From Prevotella sp. (lineage in GTDB: Bacteria; Bacteroidota; Bacteroidia; Bacteroidales; Dysgonomonadaceae): a stretch of 64,000 nucleotides of DNA. Below, piece by piece: positions 57,655-64,000 of the stretch. The translations under genes were made by a program, and so were the position numbers. The first letter of the stretch is position 1, and each line of letters opens with the position of its first letter. The notes beneath the pieces were generated by a model. That model was not told where the DNA came from and did no database searches. It saw only the letters and a list, made by a program, of their open reading frames with translations. The DNA lies in the NCBI GenBank assembly GCA_031285625.1, contig JAITVV010000006.1, positions 36,963-100,962 of the forward strand, in the 5' to 3' direction.

Positions 57655-59940
57655 ATGAAAAAACTTATAACTACAGTTTTACTTGGGTGCGCAATGATTA
57701 CTGCCGGTGCGCAAAGTAAAGACTCTAAAATGGATCGTTTTATAGATGAGCTGATGAATAAAATGACAATAGAGGAAAAGATTGGTCAGCTTAATTTGCC
57801 CGGTTCCGGAGATATTGTAACCGGACAAGCCAAGAACAGTGATATTGCAGGAAAAATAAAGAGAGGGCAAGTCGGAGGACTATTTAATATAAAGGGAGTA
57901 GAAAAAATAAAAGATGTACAGCGTGTGGCTGTAGAAGAAAGCCGTCTGGGTATTCCTCTCATATTTGGTATGGATGTTATACATGGATACGAAACAGTAT
58001 TTCCTATTCCTTTAGGATTATCTTGCTCCTGGGATATGGAAGCCATTGAGAAATCGGCTCGGATAGCTGCTACAGAAGCTAGTGCTGATGGTATATGCTG
58101 GACATTCAGCCCGATGGTTGATATATCAAGAGACCCGCGTTGGGGACGTGTATCAGAAGGTAACGGTGAAGATCCGTATCTGGGTGGACAAATAGCGAAA
58201 GCCATGGTACGCGGATATCAGGGAACAGGTGATAAAACCTTTACAACAAACAATCAGATAATGTCCTGTGTAAAGCACTATGCCCTATATGGAGCTGGCG
58301 AGGCCGGACGAGATTACAATACTGTTGATATGAGTCATCAACGTATGTATAGTGAATATTTTTATCCATATCAGGCGGCTGTTGAGGCAGGAGTAGGTAG
58401 TGTTATGGCTTCCTTTAATGAAGTTGATGGAGTACCTGCTACTGCAAACAGATGGTTGATGACCGAAGTATTACGTAATCAGTGGGGATTTAACGGATTT
58501 GTTGTTACTGATTTTACTGGTATCGCCGAGATGGTAGATCATGGTATTGGTGATTTACAAACTGTATCAGCACGAGCACTTAATGCCGGCATCGATATGG
58601 ATATGGTGGCGGAAGGTTTCCTTACTACAATAAAGAAGTCTTTTGATGAAGGAAAAGTTACTAAAGCTGAAATCGATCTGGCTTGTCGCCGCATACTCGA
58701 AGCTAAATATAAACTGGGTTTATTCTCCGATCCTTATAAATATTGTGATGTAAGCCGGGTTAAAAAAGAGGTATATGCCCCTGAGCATCGTCAACTCGCT
58801 CGCAAGATAGCAGCTGAAAGTTTTGTTTTGCTTAAGAATGATAATAATTTGTTACCGTTGAGCAAAAAAGGAACTATCGCTGTTGTAGGTCCGTTAGGTA
58901 ATACAAAGGAAAATATGCCGGGAACCTGGAGTGTAGCTGCCGATTTTAATAAGGCAACTACCGTTGTCGATGGTCTGAAGTCGGTTGTTGGTAATAAGGC
59001 GAATGTTGTATATGCTAAAGGTAGTAATCTAACTACCGATCCTGTTCTGGAAGATAGGGCTACAATGTTTGACCGTAGTTTGAAGCGTGATGACAGAACA
59101 GAAGAAGAACTAAGAAATGAAGCTCTCCAGATAGCTAAAAATGCAGATGTTATTGTCGCTACATTAGGTGAGTCCTCCGAATATAGCGGAGAGTCGAGTA
59201 GTCGTTCCGAAATTGGCATACCTGATGTACAACAACGTCTGTTAATGGAACTTTTGAAGACAGGTAAACCTGTAGTTCTTGTACTATTTACCGGACGTCC
59301 GTTGACACTGACATGGGAGAATGAGAATGTTCCTGCAATCTTAAATGTTTGGTTTGGTGGAACGGAAGCTGCATATGCAATAGGTGATGTATTATTCGGC
59401 GATGTAAATCCTAGTGGAAAATTGACTACTACATTTCCTCAGAATGTAGGACAGATACCATTGTACTACAATCATAAAAATACAGGGCGTCCATTGGCAG
59501 AAGGTAAATGGTTTGAAAAGTTCCGTAGTAATTACCTTGATGTAAGCAACGATCCGGTTTATCCATTCGGTTACGGACTGAGCTATTCTCAGTTTGACTA
59601 TAGCGATGTAACGTTAAGTTCTACAGCAATCGACTCAAATGGGGAATTAACAGCCAGTATAACTGTTACCAATAAGGGTAAAATGGATGGAAAAGAAGTG
59701 GTACAATTCTATATACGTGATATAGTAGGTAGTGTAACCCGTCCGGTAAAAGAATTAAAAGGTTTTGAGAAAATATTCCTGAAAGCCGGTGAAGCTAAAA
59801 CTGTAACATTCAAAATCACACCGGAATTATTGAAATTTTATAACTATGATCTGAATTATGTTTTCGAGCTGGGAGACTTTGATGTTATGATAGGAGGCAA
59901 TAGCCGTGATGTAAAGAGTGCAAAGTTCACCTTGAAATAG
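57655..59940 (+). CDS. bglX: GH3 beta-glucosidase (BglX-like), periplasmic
   Basis: DVIHGY, RDPRWGRVSEGNGED, KHYALYG, VVTDFT, SGESSSR. Confidence 0.92.
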   Translation: MKKLITTVLLGCAMITAGAQSKDSKMDRFIDELMNKMTIEEKIGQLNLPGSGDIVTGQAKNSDIAGKIKRGQVGGLFNIKGVEKIKDVQRVAVEESRLGIPLIFGMDVIHGYETVFPIPLGLSCSWDMEAIEKSARIAATEASADGICWTFSPMVDISRDPRWGRVSEGNGEDPYLGGQIAKAMVRGYQGTGDKTFTTNNQIMSCVKHYALYGAGEAGRDYNTVDMSHQRMYSEYFYPYQAAVEAGVGSVMASFNEVDGVPATANRWLMTEVLRNQWGFNGFVVTDFTGIAEMVDHGIGDLQTVSARALNAGIDMDMVAEGFLTTIKKSFDEGKVTKAEIDLACRRILEAKYKLGLFSDPYKYCDVSRVKKEVYAPEHRQLARKIAAESFVLLKNDNNLLPLSKKGTIAVVGPLGNTKENMPGTWSVAADFNKATTVVDGLKSVVGNKANVVYAKGSNLTTDPVLEDRATMFDRSLKRDDRTEEELRNEALQIAKNADVIVATLGESSEYSGESSSRSEIGIPDVQQRLLMELLKTGKPVVLVLFTGRPLTLTWENENVPAILNVWFGGTEAAYAIGDVLFGDVNPSGKLTTTFPQNVGQIPLYYNHKNTGRPLAEGKWFEKFRSNYLDVSNDPVYPFGYGLSYSQFDYSDVTLSSTAIDSNGELTASITVTNKGKMDGKEVVQFYIRDIVGSVTRPVKELKGFEKIFLKAGEAKTVTFKITPELLKFYNYDLNYVFELGDFDVMIGGNSRDVKSAKFTLK

Positions 59941-59961
59941 GATATTCAATATTTATAACAC

Positions 59962-60038
59962 TGTCATCCTGACCGTAGGGAAGGATCTCGATCCTGAAAA
60001 TGGTTTTTGATACAAGAGATTCTTCACTTCGTTCAGAA
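59962..60038. repeat. REP-like palindromic element, copy 1 (right arm eroded)
   Basis: TGTCATCCTGACCGTAGGGAAGGATCTC...GAGATTCTTCACTTCGTTCAGAA; similar to 61507-61582. Confidence 0.7.
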
Positions 60039-60092
60039 ACAATGTTCGACGGAACGAATTGTAGTCAATAACAAAGAGTAAAATTTAAAACA

Positions 60093-61445
60093 ATGGAAAA
60101 GATCAAGATTTCTATTTTATCTATCATACTTCTTGCCTTTATTACAGGGTGTAGTGAGGCAAAGAAAGATACAGGAACGAATATCGCAGAGATAAGTGAT
60201 GAAGCTTTATTGGATTCCGTACAACGCCGTACGTTCAACTACTTTTGGGATGGAGCAGAGCCTGTAAGTGGGATGGCGCGCGAACGGTTCCATATGGATG
60301 GTGACTATGGCCGGCACGATAAAAATACAGTAACATCAGGCGGCAGTGGTTTTGGTATCATGGCAATACTTTCAGGTATAGAACGGGGATATATTACCAA
60401 GGCGCAAGGTCTGGAAAGGTATGAAAAGATAATAACATTTTTAGAAAAAGCAGATTCTTTTCATGGAGTATTTCCTCATTGGTGGAATGGCGAGACAGGG
60501 AAGGTTATAGGCTTTGGAGATAAAGATAATGGTGGTGATTTAGTTGAAACTTCGTTTCTATTTCAGGGACTTTTAGCAGTTCATCAGTATTATGTAAACG
60601 GTACAGATGCTGAGAAAGCACTTGCCGCACGTATAGATAGGCTATGGAAGGCTATCGACTGGAACTGGCACCGTAATGGAACAAATCAGCTATACTGGCA
60701 CTGGAGCCCCGATCATTCATGGGAAATGAATTTCTCTATTCGGGGATACAACGAATGCCTTATAACATTTATTCTTGCAGCTTCATCTCCTACCCACGGG
60801 GTTCCGGCAGAAGTTTATACAGAAGGATGGGGTGAAGGCGGACAGATAATAGGGCCACATGAACTTGAAGGATATAAGCTGAATATGCGTTATCAAAGCG
60901 ATGCCGGCGTAGGTCCGTTATTCTGGGCACATTACTCCTTCCTCGGGCTTGACCCTAATGGGTTGAAAGACCGCTATGCCGATTATTTTCAGGAAATGAA
61001 AAATTATACACTAATCAACAGGGCATATTGTATCCGTAATCCTAAAGGCTTTAAAGGTTACAGTGAAGATAGCTGGGGATTATCCGCAAGTTATTCGGTT
61101 AAAGGTTATGCAGCACATGCGCCAAGCGAAAATCTCGATGAAGGAGTTATTTCACCGACAGCCGCCCTTTCATCTATTGTATATACTCCTGAAGAGTCTA
61201 TGAAGGTAATAAGGAAATTTTACAGTATGGGTGACAAACTTATGGGGCCTTATGGTTTCTATGATGCGTTCAGCGAAACTGATAACTGGTATCCTCAGCG
61301 GTATCTGGCTATAGATCAGGGACCTATTGCCGTAATGATAGAGAACCATCGCTCACAATTGCTTTGGAAACTATTTATGAGCCACCCTGATATACAAAAC
61401 GGATTGAAAAAACTTGGCTTTGAATCTCCTTATTTAAGGAAATAG
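60093..61445 (+). CDS. GH144 endo-beta-1,2-glucanase-like lipoprotein
   Basis: Lipobox ITGC; TFNYFWDGAEP.SGMARER, DNGGDLVETSF, IRGYNECLIT, GPLFWAHYS, YLAIDQGP. Confidence 0.9.
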   Translation: MEKIKISILSIILLAFITGCSEAKKDTGTNIAEISDEALLDSVQRRTFNYFWDGAEPVSGMARERFHMDGDYGRHDKNTVTSGGSGFGIMAILSGIERGYITKAQGLERYEKIITFLEKADSFHGVFPHWWNGETGKVIGFGDKDNGGDLVETSFLFQGLLAVHQYYVNGTDAEKALAARIDRLWKAIDWNWHRNGTNQLYWHWSPDHSWEMNFSIRGYNECLITFILAASSPTHGVPAEVYTEGWGEGGQIIGPHELEGYKLNMRYQSDAGVGPLFWAHYSFLGLDPNGLKDRYADYFQEMKNYTLINRAYCIRNPKGFKGYSEDSWGLSASYSVKGYAAHAPSENLDEGVISPTAALSSIVYTPEESMKVIRKFYSMGDKLMGPYGFYDAFSETDNWYPQRYLAIDQGPIAVMIENHRSQLLWKLFMSHPDIQNGLKKLGFESPYLRK

Positions 61446-61506
61446 AATTACTTTCGGCCATATAAATCTTTTTAAGTGATTAATAAGAATTAATGATATA
61501 CTTTAT

Positions 61507-61582
61507 TTTGTCATGCTGAACGTAGTGAAGCATCTCATGACTCAACAGGAAAGAGATCCTTCATTCCACTCAGGATGACAAA
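61507..61582. repeat. REP-like palindromic element, copy 2
   Basis: TTTGTCATGCTGAACGTAGTGAAGCATCTC-N16-GAGATCCTTCATTCCACTCAGGATGACAAA imperfect inverted repeat. Confidence 0.75.
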
Positions 61583-61618
61583 ATTATCAATAAATATTTT
61601 AAAGCACTCAACATAATA

Positions 61619-63379
61619 ATGAAGAAAATTATATTCTTTTTTTTAGTATATGTCTTGTCTACCGGCTTGTCAGCTCAGCAAAAGACATATTGTAACCCTG
61701 TTAATATCGATTACGGATATGGTCCCATTCCCAATTTTACTACTTGGGGAAAACATCGATCTACAGCCGACCCTGTAATTGTAAATTACAAAGGGGACTA
61801 TTATCTGTTTTCTACGAATCAGTATGGTTACTGGTGGAGTAGCGACATGTTAAACTGGAATTTTGTTTCCCGTCGTTTCCTTACACAGGAAGCTATTGAC
61901 AATACACCTAACAAATGGGATGACCTTTGTGCCCCTGCTGCATGGGTACAAGGTGATTCTCTCTGCGTTTTTGGTTCTACATATTCACGATTATTCCCTA
62001 TATGGGTAAGCACAAATCCGAAGGAAAATCAATGGAGCAAAGCAGTTGAACGCTTTGATATAGGAGGATGGGATCCTGCTTTCTTTGTTGATGACGATGA
62101 ACGTCTGTATATGTATAACGGTAGCAGTAATGTATATCCGTTGTATGGTATAGAGCTTGACCGCAAGACTTTTCAGCCGATAGGCACACGCAAAGAACTA
62201 CTTTTACTTGATGATGACAAAATTGGATGGCACCGTTTTGGCGAGCATATGGATAATACATTCCTTAAGCCATTTATGGAAGGGGCATGGATGACCAAGC
62301 ATAATGGTAAATACTATTTGCAATGGGGCGGCCCGGGTACAGAATTTAGCCATTACGGTGACGGGGTGGCAGTCAGTGGCCATCCACTGGGAGATCATGA
62401 TCATTTTCAGCATGTATCACTGCCTTTCAGTATGAAGGCCGGAGGTTTTATCAGGGGAGCCGGACATGGTGCCACATTTCAGGATAATTGGGGAAATTAC
62501 TGGCATACATCGACCATGGTCATCAATGTCAAGAATAACTTTGAACGACGTATCGGAATATGGCCAGCCGGATTCGATAAAGATGATGTAATGTATTGTA
62601 ATACGGCATTTGGTGATTATCCTCACTATATTCCGGATGGTAATACAGACCATCTTAAGAGCCGCTTTACAGGATGGATGCTGCTCAACTATAACAAACC
62701 CGTTCAGGTATCATCTACGCTTGGGGCACATTATGCGAACAACATTGTGGATGAGGATGTAAAAACATATTGGAGTGCAAAAACAGCAAATAAGGGCGAA
62801 TGGTTGATTACCGACCTGGGGGAAGAATCGGATATTTACGCTATTCAGATTAATTATGCCGATCAGGATGCCGAATTTTTAGGAAAACAACAAGGCATTT
62901 ACCATCAGTATATCGTATATAGTTCATTGGATGGTAAAAGTTGGAAAAAACTAATAGATAAAAGCCAAAACAAGAAAGATGTTCCGCATGATTATATTGA
63001 ACTCGAAAAACCTGTAAAGGCTCGTTATCTTAAACTGGAAAATATCCATATGCCTACAGGTAAATTTGCCGTATCGGGATTCAGGGCTTTCGGGTTTGGT
63101 AGCGGACAGAAACCTGAAGCCGTAAAACAGTTTATGGCTTTGCGCTCGGATGTGACCGACAGACGCAATGCCTGGCTCAAATGGCAGCCGGTGGATGGTG
63201 CATATGCCTATAATATATACATAGGACAACAGCCGGATAAATTGTACAATTGTGTGATGGTGCATGATGTAAACGAATACTATTATCCGGGTATGGACAA
63301 AACAAAACCATACTATTTTGCTATTGAAGCAATTAATGAAAACGGAACTTCTGAATGGACAAGGGCTGAGGCATTATAG
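61619..63379 (+). CDS. GH43 glycoside hydrolase with CBM32/F5-8 and Fn3 domains
   Basis: ADPVIV, WDPAFF, MEGAWM catalytic motifs, GAGHG; TYWSA..WLITDLG discoidin domain; YYFAIEAINENG Fn3. Confidence 0.88.
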   Translation: MKKIIFFFLVYVLSTGLSAQQKTYCNPVNIDYGYGPIPNFTTWGKHRSTADPVIVNYKGDYYLFSTNQYGYWWSSDMLNWNFVSRRFLTQEAIDNTPNKWDDLCAPAAWVQGDSLCVFGSTYSRLFPIWVSTNPKENQWSKAVERFDIGGWDPAFFVDDDERLYMYNGSSNVYPLYGIELDRKTFQPIGTRKELLLLDDDKIGWHRFGEHMDNTFLKPFMEGAWMTKHNGKYYLQWGGPGTEFSHYGDGVAVSGHPLGDHDHFQHVSLPFSMKAGGFIRGAGHGATFQDNWGNYWHTSTMVINVKNNFERRIGIWPAGFDKDDVMYCNTAFGDYPHYIPDGNTDHLKSRFTGWMLLNYNKPVQVSSTLGAHYANNIVDEDVKTYWSAKTANKGEWLITDLGEESDIYAIQINYADQDAEFLGKQQGIYHQYIVYSSLDGKSWKKLIDKSQNKKDVPHDYIELEKPVKARYLKLENIHMPTGKFAVSGFRAFGFGSGQKPEAVKQFMALRSDVTDRRNAWLKWQPVDGAYAYNIYIGQQPDKLYNCVMVHDVNEYYYPGMDKTKPYYFAIEAINENGTSEWTRAEAL

Positions 63380-63416
63380 ATTCAATTTATTTTTTTAGTC
63401 AAAATAATGAGATGTG

Positions 63417-63455
63417 ACCGTGTAATATTTAATATTGCACGGTTTTTACTTTTTA
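63417..63455 (+). terminator. Intrinsic terminator ending the beta-1,2-glucan PUL
   Basis: ACCGTGTAATATT-T-AATATTGCACGGT followed by TTTTACTTTTT. Confidence 0.8.
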
Positions 63456-63516
63456 TTTAATTTATGACCCTGTTAACCCGAAAAGTTAAAAATATCAGAG
63501 TTTACATAATCTATTA

Positions 63517-63524
63517 TATATTTG
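63517..63524 (+). promoter_or_regulatory. Bacteroidetes -7 promoter box for the ECF sigma gene
   Basis: TATATTTG about 21 nt upstream of ATG 63546. Confidence 0.55.
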
Positions 63525-63545
63525 TATCTGTTACCATAAAAACAC

Positions 63546-64000
63546 ATGAGTATATATAACTCCGATCCGGAAAAAATCTTAGTCACACGTTTGATAAATG
63601 GAAACGAATCTGCTTTTTGTAAACTTTATGCTTTATATAAAAACAGGTTGATTTGTTTTGCCATGAAGTTTGTCAAATCAAGAGAACTTGCTGAAGACAT
63701 TTTTCAGGATACTTTCACTGCAATATGGCAAAACCGGGAATTTCTTGACCCTGAGCTCCCATTTTCTTCTTATGTATATACCATTACTAAAAATCGGCTT
63801 TTAAATTTACTGCATAATATAGAAAGAGATCAGAAATTGAAGAATCATCTTTTATCGGGTGCAATTGACTTTTCTAATGAGACTGAAAATTCTATTCTTT
63901 CTACTGATCTGTCTCAGTTGCTTGATAGAGCATTGCAACTATTAACTCCTCAGCAGAGACGTGTGTTTGAAATGAGCCGTACCGAGATGAAGTCTCATAA
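63546..64000 (+). CDS. RNA polymerase ECF sigma-70 factor, runs off the window end (absent from the ORF track)
   Basis: Manual translation MSIYNSDPEKILVTRLINGNESAFCKLYALYKNRL..AEDIFQDTFTAIWQNRE..LTPQQRRVFEMSR. Confidence 0.9.
   Translation, partial: MSIYNSDPEKILVTRLINGNESAFCKLYALYKNRLICFAMKFVKSRELAEDIFQDTFTAIWQNREFLDPELPFSSYVYTITKNRLLNLLHNIERDQKLKNHLLSGAIDFSNETENSILSTDLSQLLDRALQLLTPQQRRVFEMSRTEMKSH

Noticed and set aside
1-64000. CRISPR arrays, tRNA/rRNA, IS elements, prophage
   Set aside because: No regularly spaced repeats, RNA-gene signatures, transposases, integrases or phage genes were recognised by eye; tRNAscan/Infernal were not run

Overview
AT-rich Bacteroidales-type chromosomal segment (Dysgonomonas-like by gene content; taxonomy is inference) made almost entirely of carbohydrate-utilisation loci. 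It has four SusC/SusD pairs. (1) An ECF-sigma/FecR PUL on the minus strand with a GH123-like enzyme and a DUF5107 protein. (2) An ECF-sigma/FecR PUL with a Gfo/Idh/MocA + DUF1080 3-keto-glycoside pair, a NagB/AgaI-like enzyme, a ROK kinase, an MFS transporter and a GH16. (3) A SusCD + EEP-family phosphoesterase unit with no glycosidase, beside an AraC regulator and a four-gene cobalamin-dependent methyltransferase operon (two UroD/MtaA-family proteins, a corrinoid protein and a stand-alone MetH reactivation domain), followed by a second redox glycoside-cleavage cluster and a GH97. (4) A beta-1,2-glucan-type PUL (2x GH144, 2x GH3, GH43). The main find is a 16-bp tandem direct repeat (22-bp period, 20-21 nt upstream of a TAnnTTTG-type -7 box) in front of the SusCD-EEP unit, the corrinoid methyltransferase operon and the next oxidoreductase. 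This suggests a single AraC regulon for import and B12-dependent demethylation of a methylated glycan or phosphoester. Other finds: a candidate antisense sRNA at susC1, a shared ECF promoter motif, a ~300-nt structured intergenic RNA candidate, palindromic repeats, and catalytic-residue substitutions in a GH144 and the GH123-like protein. No CRISPR array, rRNA/tRNA, integrase or transposase was seen. All family calls come from motif recognition, not database searches.
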